A stretch of 64,000 nucleotides of DNA, taken from positions 1-64,000 of IMG/VR virus record IMGVR_UViG_3300045988_071562. One strand, written 5' to 3'. The number at the start of each line of letters is the position of its first letter. The stretch's first letter is position 1. The notes below the pieces were generated by a model. That model did no database searches, was not told the DNA's origin, and saw only the letters and a list, made by a program, of their open reading frames with translations. The position numbers and the translations under genes were made by a program. Source of the DNA: a virus. Shown here one piece after another: positions 43,840-52,020 of this stretch.

Positions 43840-44049
43840 TTATCTGGTAGAACTCAAAACAATTTTATTTTTACACTGCGGACATACGATATATTTCTGC
43901 CTGTATCCGAAACCGGATGGCATATTTGTAGCAAATTTCTTTTCTGTGTTTTCTTCTTTTACATCTTCTGATTCATCATAGCTCAATAACGCTCCGCAGT
44001 TCAAACAGGTTGCTTCTTTCAGCGTTCCCGGCTTAATAATTTTAATCAT
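43840..44049 (-). CDS. zinc-ribbon miniprotein
   Basis: GGGAGG SD before MIKIIKPG; CLNCG...CPQCKNK. Confidence 0.45.
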   Translation of the reverse strand: MIKIIKPGTLKEATCLNCGALLSYDESEDVKEENTEKKFATNMPSGFGYRQKYIVCPQCKNKIVLSSTR

Positions 44050-44311
44050 GCTTTTCCTCCCTTTTCTGCCTGTGCCGCATCTGGCAGGCAACCATTTTAG
44101 TTATGTTTTCACGTTCCTGTTTTATACCATGTCCTTGTCTAAACAGTTCACATTCAAGGATATTCCCGCACTTGGAGCATTCGTCTTTTATTTCTTTACC
44201 GCATACTTCCATCTTCTTTTCTCTCCCAAAACTCACAACAACACTCTGGTTTCGTAAAGTCTGCACAATATTCACTGTCACCGTTGAAGCAAACCCATGT
44301 GAAGTCATCAT
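44042..44311 (-). CDS. hypothetical Cys-containing protein
   Basis: 89 aa with CGKEIKDECSKCGN. Confidence 0.35.
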   Translation of the reverse strand: MMTSHGFASTVTVNIVQTLRNQSVVVSFGREKKMEVCGKEIKDECSKCGNILECELFRQGHGIKQERENITKMVACQMRHRQKREEKHD

Positions 44312-44367
44312 GCTTTTTGCAATTCTTACAACATTTTTTCTTTCATAATTTACCTCGATTTAGGAAA

Positions 44368-44418
44368 ATCCAGTGCTCCGACTTGAACGGCATAAATCTC
44401 CCAACGAGAAACACTGGA
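44368..44418 (-). ncRNA. tRNA-like element lacking an anticodon arm (51 nt)
   Basis: 7-bp acceptor TCCAGTG/CACTGGA. D arm TCTC-GTTGG-GAGA. A TTTAT linker. T-loop-like TTCAAGT in a weak stem. No anticodon stem-loop. Confidence 0.3.
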
Positions 44419-44464
44419 ACTTTAAGGGGGAAAATGCAACTTCTGGCAATGGCAATTTGCCAGA

Positions 44465-44536
44465 TAGAAACAACAGGAATCGAACCTGTGTCACATGATA
44501 TTGGATATCATTGCTCTACCACTGAGCTATGTTTCT
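44465..44536 (-). tRNA. tRNA-Trp (anticodon CCA)
   Basis: Cloverleaf read by eye: AGAAACA/TGTTTCT acceptor, GCTC-AGTGGTA-GAGC, ATGAT-ATCCAAT-ATCAT, ACAGG-TTCGATT-CCTGT. No encoded CCA. Confidence 0.85.
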
Positions 44537-44758
44537 TTTTCATCCTCAAACGCTAAACAAGATGATTTTTTTAGAATCCCCGACTATCACTCCTCACGGG
44601 CATTGGTCTTATCTCTCTAAAAAGTTTTTGCACAAGATCGCTAGTGAGTTGCGTCTATATGCCTGCACGAACGCACACAAACAAATCCGCATTTATGTGC
44701 AAGAACTAACAATAGCTATGCTAAAGTCAGATTTCCTATCTACACTTGGTAGATAGAA

Positions 44759-44830
44759 TTGCAGGAGACGGATTCGAACCGCCGTTTCCATGGATATGAG
44801 CCATGTGAGATTCCACTTCTCTATCCTGCA
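44759..44830 (-). tRNA. tRNA with anticodon CAT (Met or lysidine-Ile2)
   Basis: TGCAGGA/TCCTGCA acceptor, GAGA-AGTGGAA-TCTC, CATGG-CTCATAT-CCATG, GGCGG-TTCGAAT-CCGTC. Confidence 0.8.
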
Positions 44831-45178
44831 AGAACCCGGAAGAACCGGGTTAGCAATAGGTTTATCGTGTTATGCTTTCCACTATCCAGTTTTCTTTATT
44901 TGCGGCACGCATACTGGCAACCCTAGCGGCTTTTTGATAACCGTGGTATGCTCCACGAGTATTTTTATGCACAACTTTAATGGCTTATGGTTCGCATCTT
45001 TTGAAAACTCCTTTAATCAGCGTGCGCTGCGCTGATTTCTTTAACTCCAAGATGCATTCCAGCTGGGAAACCAGATCCATTTAGGCTACGCCGTATCGCA
45101 CCTATAATTTACCTGATCCACACGCTCAACTGGAAGTTTTTTCCACACATATTACGGATGAATGGCATTTAGAAGAAA

Positions 45179-45251
45179 TGGAAACTCTGGGATTCGAACC
45201 CAGGACTTACGGCTTATGAGGCCGTTGCTCTTACCGCTGAACTAAGCTTCC
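45179..45251 (-). tRNA. tRNA with anticodon CAT (Met or lysidine-Ile2)
   Basis: GGAAGCT/AGTTTCC acceptor (one G-U pair), GTTC-AGCGGTAA-GAGC, ACGGC-CTCATAA-GCCGT, CTGGG-TTCGAAT-CCCAG. Confidence 0.8.
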
Positions 45252-45465
45252 TGAGATACCAGTTGGCAATACTGGTAACCAAACTGGCACTGTTACAGTT
45301 CTTAACCACCAACTATAACAAAGGTTTTCTGAAATACTCCTGATACTTCAGATACGCCTTCCGGGATATTTGAAGTCCCTTTAATCAGTCTCAGTTAGAC
45401 TAGAAGGCTAGAGGTGTTTCTTATGAAAAAAAAGAATATTTTTGCAGCATATTAACTACTGCAAA

Positions 45466-45537
45466 CTGGGCTAGTTGGATTTGAACCAACGAATTGTGGA
45501 GTCAAATTCCACGGCCTTACCACTTGGCGATAGCCCA
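45466..45537 (-). tRNA. tRNA-Gln (anticodon TTG)
   Basis: U1-A72 and G73 as in bacterial tRNA-Gln. GTGGA-ATTTGAC-TCCAC, GTTGG-TTCAAAT-CCAAC. Confidence 0.8.
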
Positions 45538-45756
45538 TTACCCCCTGGCGCACCATTAATCCAGGGGCGTGATATATAAAGTCCAGCACTTTTATCCTAT
45601 AAAGATTGTTATTCGCTACTCTGGATGCATCGACTTTTCGCTTTCGTAGGCTTTTCCGAGCCTACATGGATTAAGTCGAAGTGGTGCTTTTATGAATTTA
45701 ACCCTTTCGATTAACTCGATCGGGATAATTCCAATTGGAATTGGTAGATACATATG

Positions 45757-45927
45757 TCACCTCATGATCAAGAAAATATTCAGTGCAAACACAATTTCCA
45801 TCAGAAAGTAAAAGAACGCTTGTAAAAGATTTATCTTTCTTTCATCCAGCATTGACAGAACACCAGCAATAACAATCACGAAAAACATAAGATTCGCAGC
45901 AATTCCGATTAGTTCAAGTGCGTTCAT
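45757..45927 (-). CDS. 56-aa hydrophobic miniprotein
   Basis: Below the track cutoff. Two TM-like segments. No clear SD. Confidence 0.3.
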   Translation of the reverse strand: MNALELIGIAANLMFFVIVIAGVLSMLDERKINLLQAFFYFLMEIVFALNIFLIMR

Positions 45928-46312
45928 CTGATTTTTCCTCCCCTATCAGGAAATCCAAAATCTTTCCTGCAATCTCTTCTTCTGGCTCAAATGGCATTCC
46001 ACAGTAATTGTAGGATTCTAAAGCCGATTTTAGGCTTGATTTGAAGCCATCGTAAATTTCTCCATGTTGTAGTAATTCGTGCCTTAAAACCAAAATTGCA
46101 TCAGCAATTGATTGAGAAGTGACACTAATTTGTGCAAGGCAGTCTATCTCAATGTCTGGAACAGCCATCATTTCAAACTCAAATACCGGAATTTCATCTA
46201 CTGCTGTATGAAAATTTATTGATCTTACTCTCGGAACTTCATTTCCATCAATGAAATATTTTGTGCCGAGCCAATCATAGGGGTTGGGGTTTGTGATCTT
46301 CACTATCGGCAT
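45914..46312 (-). CDS. hypothetical protein
   Basis: SD-led MPIVKITNPNPYDW. Confidence 0.5.
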   Translation of the reverse strand: MPIVKITNPNPYDWLGTKYFIDGNEVPRVRSINFHTAVDEIPVFEFEMMAVPDIEIDCLAQISVTSQSIADAILVLRHELLQHGEIYDGFKSSLKSALESYNYCGMPFEPEEEIAGKILDFLIGEEKSDERT

Positions 46313-46643
46313 CTTCGTACCCCTTTCTTCGAAATTTACAATACAAAAGAATGTGTTTTGCGATTTCTTCAAGCTCATATATGCTGTATCTTGGAACTAC
46401 ACATGGCTCACGTTTCAATAATGGGGATAATGGTGAAAATGGCTTTGGCGGCTCATATGTTATAGTCGCGTTAATAATCATGGGAGCTACATCTGTAGGA
46501 GATTGCAAAAGATTTTTGCCTTCTGAACCAATCACCTGTTTCCATTTTCCACCTACTTTCAAAAAGCATTCCCCGTATTTTTCCCTAACCGTCCCTTCTG
46601 GAGCGACGTCTTCTTTATCTTTGTAGAAGGTGTAATCTGTCAC
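46275..46643 (-). CDS. hypothetical protein
   Basis: 122-aa ORF. Confidence 0.45.
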   Translation of the reverse strand: MTDYTFYKDKEDVAPEGTVREKYGECFLKVGGKWKQVIGSEGKNLLQSPTDVAPMIINATITYEPPKPFSPLSPLLKREPCVVPRYSIYELEEIAKHILLYCKFRRKGYEDADSEDHKPQPL

Positions 46644-47068
46644 CCTTCTTCTACCTCCCCGAAATATTTCTTGTAAAGCTTATTGTTGTAATACCACAGA
46701 TGTTGCATCACAAAAAATTTATCAATACATTTCAGACCATAATACATTACTCTGTACTCGGCGGTTCTGTCTCCGTTTTCATCAGCACTGTAACCAGCTA
46801 ATTCAGATTTTGATTTAGCCCCAAACCATCTGCCATTCTTCGTTACAAACAGGGAAAGGTCTCCGTATTCACAAACATATGTAGCAGTTTGAGTATCATA
46901 TAATCTACCATCAGCTAATATCGCTTTTGCGTGAATTGGCTTCACCAGTTTTCGGATTGCTGGGGATTCTTGTCCGACATTTTCATAATCATGTCTGATT
47001 TCAGAAACACCTTTTTTATTTTTTGAGAAAAATTTAAGCACGTCTTTTCCTCCCGAAATATTCATCAA
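46640..47068 (-). CDS. hypothetical protein
   Basis: 142-aa ORF. Confidence 0.5.
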   Translation of the reverse strand: MMNISGGKDVLKFFSKNKKGVSEIRHDYENVGQESPAIRKLVKPIHAKAILADGRLYDTQTATYVCEYGDLSLFVTKNGRWFGAKSKSELAGYSADENGDRTAEYRVMYYGLKCIDKFFVMQHLWYYNNKLYKKYFGEVEEG

Positions 47069-47189
47069 CTGCCTGTCTTACAATATCCGATACGCTCCTG
47101 TCTGTTCGGTTCTTCTCTTCCAGGAGCCTTTTTTTCTGTTTTTCGGAAAATCGGATACGGATGGATTCGGATTGTGGGTTTGGTTTCAT
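47034..47189 (-). CDS. ribbon-helix-helix (CopG-like) protein, 51 aa
   Basis: IRIRFSEKQKKRLLEEKNRTDRSVSDIVRQAVDEYF. Below the track cutoff. Confidence 0.5.
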   Translation of the reverse strand: MKPNPQSESIRIRFSEKQKKRLLEEKNRTDRSVSDIVRQAVDEYFGRKRRA

Positions 47190-47200
47190 AAGCACTTACC

Positions 47201-47668
47201 TCAACTTACAATTTCAATTGGATATCCTAAATATGCTTCCAACTCTGAAACAGTCAGTTTGCGTGGTTTCTTTATTTCAACATCAACACGCTGTATGATA
47301 TTGTCTGTTGTCTTTGCGATTGCCTTTCCGGTATAACTTTCAAGCTCTTCGTTTGCATATACATTCAAATGTTCATATCCATATGCCCGGCACCATCTTG
47401 CAGCTGAATCAACAATTTTTCTTAGCTCTTCTTGCTCATCACCAAACAACTCCGAATATCTAACCGCCTTGTTGGGGTCGTTCAAACTTACTCCGCAAGA
47501 AGCCACAACATGTTTATATGGACTTCCAATAAAATGAAAATATCTATTCGATTCCATTGCTTTTTGGCCTTTTGGCAAGTTGAACCCTTGAGCTATTGCT
47601 TTTTTAAGCAACTGTTCTGATTCAACATTGTTTTCTGTAATAATGCATTTGTTTGTAAAATCAATCAT
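47201..47668 (-). CDS. hypothetical protein
   Basis: 155-aa ORF overlapping the recombinase stop. Confidence 0.5.
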   Translation of the reverse strand: MIDFTNKCIITENNVESEQLLKKAIAQGFNLPKGQKAMESNRYFHFIGSPYKHVVASCGVSLNDPNKAVRYSELFGDEQEELRKIVDSAARWCRAYGYEHLNVYANEELESYTGKAIAKTTDNIIQRVDVEIKKPRKLTVSELEAYLGYPIEIVS

Positions 47669-48251
47669 CTTTATCCCCCTCTAAAAGTTTATATAGCGTG
47701 CTTCTTGAAACTCCCATAATCTCGGCAAATTGTACCTTTGTTATTTCCCCTCTTTGCCAGCTACGTTTGGTTTCTTTGAAAAGTTCCTTATCTATCTCTT
47801 TTTTGGCGCGGCCTTTATATTTGCCTTGCGTTTTTGCTATTTCAATACCTTCTTTTTGACGCTTCCGAATGTTTTCTCTCTCTCTTTGGGCTACATATGA
47901 AAAAAGCTGCAATACAATGTCTGTAATTAAGGTTCCTGTTAAGTCTTTATCCTGGCATGTGTTAAGAAGCGGCATGTCCTGTACGATAATATCGGCTCCG
48001 ATTTCTTTTGTGATACATCTCCACTGTTCAACAATTTCATTGTAGTTTCTTCCAAGACGGTCAATTGAATGGATTACCAATATATCGTCTTTTGTTAGCT
48101 CTGAAATCATTCTCTGGTACTCTGGACGATTGAAGTCTTTCCCAGATTTTTTATCCATATAAATTTTTTCAACACCATCTGCTTTCATTGCTTCAATCTG
48201 TCTCGCTTCGTTCTGATCTGCTGTTGAAACTCTTACATATCCTATCTTCAT
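47661..48251 (-). CDS. small serine recombinase (resolvase/invertase family)
   Basis: MKIGYVRVSTADQNEARQ catalytic Ser motif. 196 aa with a C-terminal HTH (GVSRSTLYKLL). Confidence 0.9.
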   Translation of the reverse strand: MKIGYVRVSTADQNEARQIEAMKADGVEKIYMDKKSGKDFNRPEYQRMISELTKDDILVIHSIDRLGRNYNEIVEQWRCITKEIGADIIVQDMPLLNTCQDKDLTGTLITDIVLQLFSYVAQRERENIRKRQKEGIEIAKTQGKYKGRAKKEIDKELFKETKRSWQRGEITKVQFAEIMGVSRSTLYKLLEGDKDD

Positions 48252-48341
48252 ACATAATCACTCCCATTTGTTTATAGGTTGATTATACACTTTTTCAATT
48301 ATGTTTGCAAGTGTATTATACACATTTATGAGTATTTTTCA

Positions 48342-48370
48342 TTGACTATTGAAATGCTTTTGAGTATGAT
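48342..48370 (+). promoter_or_regulatory. promoter TTGACT-17-TATGAT
   Basis: It precedes the HTH gene. ATTATACAC direct repeats lie at ~48281 and ~48313. Confidence 0.5.
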
Positions 48371-48392
48371 AATGTCAATAGGAGGTATTTAT

Positions 48393-48626
48393 ATGGTTTC
48401 TGATAAGATAAAGCAAATAATGAAAATGAAAAAAGTAACCAGTGTTCAATTAGCTCAGCACCTTGGGATACTACCGCAATCGCTTGCAAATAAATTTTCA
48501 AGGGGAAGCATATCCGCAGATGAACTAATTCAGATTCTTGATTTTCTGGAATGTCAACTGATAATTGAACCAAAACCAGATATATCAATCAAACTAACAA
48601 CAGATGATCTCAAAAGGGAACCGTGA
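48393..48626 (+). CDS. XRE-type HTH regulator
   Basis: AGGAGG SD; VTSVQLAQHLGILPQSLANKFSRG. Confidence 0.65.
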   Translation: MVSDKIKQIMKMKKVTSVQLAQHLGILPQSLANKFSRGSISADELIQILDFLECQLIIEPKPDISIKLTTDDLKREP

Positions 48627-48640
48627 TGGTTCTCTTTTTT
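48616..48640 (+). terminator. intrinsic terminator
   Basis: GGGAACC-gtgat-GGTTCTC followed by T6. Confidence 0.65.
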
Positions 48641-48649
48641 ATGCTCTAA

Positions 48650-48832
48650 TTAATCCCTGTCCATATTCTCTGAAAGTTCATCTATAATCCGAACGATCTC
48701 TTCTTTCTGAGTTTCCGACAATTCTTTTCTGAGCTTTCTGCTGAAATTACCATCATTGATATGTAACACCTCTGCGATCTGCCATAAGCGAACGCCCTTT
48801 GCCTTGGCATAGTTCTTGATATCTTGATTCAT
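48650..48832 (-). CDS. small HTH protein
   Basis: 60 aa; GVRLWQIAEVLHINDGNFSRKLR. Confidence 0.55.
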   Translation of the reverse strand: MNQDIKNYAKAKGVRLWQIAEVLHINDGNFSRKLRKELSETQKEEIVRIIDELSENMDRD

Positions 48833-49206
48833 GTTTTATACCTGCCTTTCCTGGTATTGCCTTATTTTGTATTGACAGAGAAACAGTTAAGGCTTAATGC
48901 TTGTCGTGTTGCAATCACTATCCCTGCCATGTTAAGGAGAGCTTTTTTGTTTTTTCGGGCGGTTTCGGTGGTAACTACCGCTGACTGGGGTTTTATATAT
49001 ACCCCCTCCCGGTCATCCAGTGCGGTCGCTGTTTATCGTAAGCCTTCGGCGGTGGTCAAGGAAATGCTATGCAAAATCTATTGTCATATTGCACAAAAAA
49101 CAGTGTTTTATAGAATGTCTTTTTAGGGTGTACCCTATTTATACATTACATATTACTATATATAGAATCCATTTTCTCGTAATCACAACATATAGTATTT
49201 TTACTG

Positions 49207-49902
49207 TTATAATTCCGGTTTTTCCATCTCTGGAAGCTGCAAAGCTGCTTTGTGTTTCTCTGCAATCTCTGCGGCGGTTCGCCTTGGCTTTCCGCTGTTC
49301 TCGTCTGCGCCTCTTCCGTTTGGAGCGTTCCAACCATATTGAGTATTGAGTTTCATCGCAACGCCTGTATTATTCCTGTCGCTAATTCCAATGTTAGACA
49401 AAGAGTGTTCGTCCATTAATCTAATTTTTTTCACTAGGTCAAGGTGTGCAGTGCTTGCAATCTCCCTATATTCGCCCCTATTATTTAACTTCCATTCCTG
49501 TATATCCTTTATTACATTACCGTCTATATCTATATATATCTTTGATTTATAATCACCATTTAACCAATTATACATAGTCTGTTCACTTATTTTTATATAC
49601 CTACTAAACCCTTGTATATTAACCTCTTTGTTATATGTTTTGCAAATTTGCTCATATCTATCTAAAATATAATCAATAAGTGGCGCATTGTCAGAATCTA
49701 TAATGGTTTTTCTGTTATATTTTAAAGTCACATTATCTGGCTTTAAAAATATGTGATCTCCAGCGTAAGACATGGCAGCCTCAAAAGTATTTTGCGGTGC
49801 TTTGGATAAATCATCAATCTTGTATCTATTGCAAAAAGCAAGCAAATAGCTTTCTGTTTCTTCTTCAAAATTTTCTAAAATATTCTCTGTTGATCTCACC
49901 AT
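49207..49902 (-). CDS. terminase small subunit-like protein
   Basis: HTH-like FSRYIKISEQTMYNWLNG with a basic/acidic C-terminus. The assignment is tentative. Confidence 0.45.
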   Translation of the reverse strand: MVRSTENILENFEEETESYLLAFCNRYKIDDLSKAPQNTFEAAMSYAGDHIFLKPDNVTLKYNRKTIIDSDNAPLIDYILDRYEQICKTYNKEVNIQGFSRYIKISEQTMYNWLNGDYKSKIYIDIDGNVIKDIQEWKLNNRGEYREIASTAHLDLVKKIRLMDEHSLSNIGISDRNNTGVAMKLNTQYGWNAPNGRGADENSGKPRRTAAEIAEKHKAALQLPEMEKPEL

Positions 49903-49932
49903 GTCTCGCCTCACTTTAACACGTTAATTTGT

Positions 49933-50078
49933 AAATAAAAAAAGAGAACAACCCAAAACAAAAGTAACCTGTAATCCAATCACTCTTATTTTTTTATCGT
50001 TCTCTTTGGTAAAATGTCGTAAAAAGTAAATTTATTTTCGTTGCTGATACCTTAACACAGTTTTTAATATCTTGTCAA
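49933..50078 (-). promoter_or_regulatory. promoter TTGACA-18-TGtTAAGGT followed by a leader hairpin plus U-tract
   Basis: -35 at 50078-50073, -10 at 50054-50049. AAAGAGAAC/GTTCTCTTT arms (50007-49999 and 49949-41) are followed by UUUUUAUUU before the TerS-like gene. Confidence 0.4.
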
Positions 50079-50467
50079 ATTTAATTTTGCATAAAATAAA
50101 ACCATCTATTTTGTTAGTAATTAATAAATAATAATTGGGGTATTATATTATAATCTTTATTTATATTTATATCTTATATATTATTATACGGTACTGTATA
50201 GCATATCTTTTAATAAACTCTAGTCTTAAGAATCTATGGAGGGGTAAAAGATATATTATATATAATATATTTAAACATAATAAAAGCCAGACCTTACCGG
50301 GCTGCAATGCCTGGTTGATCTGGCTTGTTAGGTGCTATTTTATTCTGTTCAGGTGCAAACGATTTTGCAATAACTACCCCTCCATGAGTTCCCGCGACCG
50401 TCGTTGGTAATAACGTTACTGTAAGTTCTCCAGAAAGTCAAGACCAAAAATAAGAAAAATATTTTTC

Positions 50468-50598
50468 TTGACAAAAATTAAAAACCTGTGCTATTAATAT
50501 CTTAACAGTTTCGGCGGTGGGCTGTTAACCCCTCGATTGTCGTTACGCCGCCACAAATAAGCATTTTAAAAGCCCTAGGAATTATCCCAGGGCTTTTT
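50468..50598 (+). ncRNA. putative ~95-nt plus-strand small RNA unit A (promoter to terminator)
   Basis: TTGACA (50468-73), 18 nt, TGcTATTAA. A GGCGG...CCGCC-enclosed structure is followed by the terminator AGCCCTAGG/CCCAGGGCT plus T5. No downstream plus-strand gene. Confidence 0.4.
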
Positions 50599-50602
50599 CT
50601 TA

Positions 50603-50714
50603 TTGACAACTATATTTTTATATGCTATATTTATTATACCTAAAATTTAGGTGTGAATTGAAAAATATTTATTATTTAATGGAGATTGGACAACCAAAAA
50701 AGTTGTCCTTTTTT
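50603..50714 (+). ncRNA. putative ~77-nt plus-strand small RNA unit B (promoter to terminator)
   Basis: TTGACA (50603-08), 17 nt, TGcTATATT. The palindrome ACCTAAAaTTTAGGT is followed by the terminator GGACAAC/GTTGTCC plus T6, which overlaps the stop of the convergent gene. Confidence 0.4.
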
Positions 50715-51025
50715 CATTCTACGTAATACAATTCTATTGGTTCCCCATTCTTAAATAAAATATGGCTTGCTCCCGAAAATGTAACTGTTGAGAAATTGAT
50801 AGCTGCGTTTTCATCCCAAGAATAACCGTTTTCTTTGAAACTCTCGTCAGAAGAATTTTCAATCATATTTTCCACATAATCTTTTATGGGGTCTTCGTCA
50901 TCTTCTGTCCATTCCTCCGAGTATTCGCATTGAAATTGTTCTTTGCATACTTCGTAAATCGGTTCTTTTGTCCCCTCATTGTAACTCTGGGACATTGTAA
51001 TCTCGTGATAATATATTTTTTTCAT
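50714..51025 (-). CDS. hypothetical acidic protein
   Basis: 103-aa ORF. Confidence 0.5.
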   Translation of the reverse strand: MKKIYYHEITMSQSYNEGTKEPIYEVCKEQFQCEYSEEWTEDDEDPIKDYVENMIENSSDESFKENGYSWDENAAINFSTVTFSGASHILFKNGEPIELYYVE

Positions 51026-51051
51026 ATTTTTTTATCCTCCTGAAAGTTTGA

Positions 51052-51339
51052 TTATCCTATAATTTTTAAATATTTTCTATGTCCATCCATATTCTTGTCT
51101 AATGCGTAAAAGCAAGGATTTTTGTCCCCCTGTAAAACTTCGTTTATTTCGTAGTCCCATCCCCATGGAGCTTTTACCATTAACTTGCCCATATCGTTTT
51201 TAAAAGGCTCCCATCCTTCTGGTGTTTCTACTGTCATTTCTTCCCAGCAATCAGCCGTTGCATGTGGTGCTCCAAAAGTGTATTTCTTCCTTTTCTCCGC
51301 TCCTAATACTCCGTAATTGCAATAGATTTTAATTTTCAT
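51052..51339 (-). CDS. hypothetical protein
   Basis: 95-aa ORF. Confidence 0.5.
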   Translation of the reverse strand: MKIKIYCNYGVLGAEKRKKYTFGAPHATADCWEEMTVETPEGWEPFKNDMGKLMVKAPWGWDYEINEVLQGDKNPCFYALDKNMDGHRKYLKIIG

Positions 51340-51435
51340 ATTTTCCCTCCTGATCTGTCCCTGTCTGGGGCTGTGCTGTTCTTCTTTAACTGTCTTTATT
51401 ATATCACTATATTTTGTGATTTGTCAATGTATTTA

Positions 51436-51687
51436 TCACTCTTTTTTGTGAATTATATTTATATAATCTGATCTATCTTTTTCTGTTTCTACATATTTCA
51501 AAATGTCTCTTGGCTGCATCTCCAGAACTGCGCAAAGCCGATTAAGGTTATCAAGAGATATATTAGTATCTCTATCCCTAAATTTTTTCATTGTAGCCTG
51601 TCCAAAAATCCCGGTATTTTTTGCAACTGTTGTATTTATACCAATATTTGAAAGTTCTTTTATTACATCGATTTTATACTCTAGCAT
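51436..51687 (-). CDS. XRE-type HTH regulator
   Basis: AGGAGG SD before MLEYKIDV. The promoter TTGACA-17-TACATT (51747-51719) lies inside the track ORF extension. Confidence 0.6.
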   Translation of the reverse strand: MLEYKIDVIKELSNIGINTTVAKNTGIFGQATMKKFRDRDTNISLDNLNRLCAVLEMQPRDILKYVETEKDRSDYINIIHKKE

Positions 51688-51780
51688 TTTTCTTTCCTCC
51701 TGTTTTATTTCTATATATAATGTAACTTTTTGCGATCTAAATGTCAAGAAAAATTTTCACTTATTTTTGTGATTTATGTA

Positions 51781-51809
51781 TTGACTTTCCCTAAAATTAG
51801 TGATATTAT
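51781..51809 (+). promoter_or_regulatory. promoter TTGACT-17-TGaTATTAT
   Basis: Divergent from the HTH gene promoter. It drives a ~205-nt leader and the plus-strand cluster. Confidence 0.55.
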
Positions 51810-52020
51810 ATAACCATCAACAAAGGAACAAAAGAAACAAACAACCGGAACCGCCCGAACCACTCAACACAATGAGGACATAAGGAACCGAATCCGATTA
51901 ATTGAAAAATTCTAGTTCCTGGACAAAATAAAAAAAAGCCCGGCGATCTTCCAAACCAAACCGGGCACCAAACTAAAAAGAAAGGCAACCCTATTATAAC
52001 AGGGTCGAAGGTAAAAAACA

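Noticed and set aside
44465-45537. Stop-codon reassignment or a suppressor tRNA that might explain the in-frame TGA in the tyrosine recombinase.
   Set aside because: The four anticodons are CCA, CAT, CAT and TTG, and none reads a stop codon. Other genes terminate normally at TGA (e.g. 11019, 27848, 38143). All long genes are intact in the standard code.
50135-50410. A 91-aa plus-strand ORF (MGYYIIIFIYIYILYIII...).
   Set aside because: It is a translation artefact of an A/T-only tract with no SD, and it overlaps the structured element at 50236-50385.
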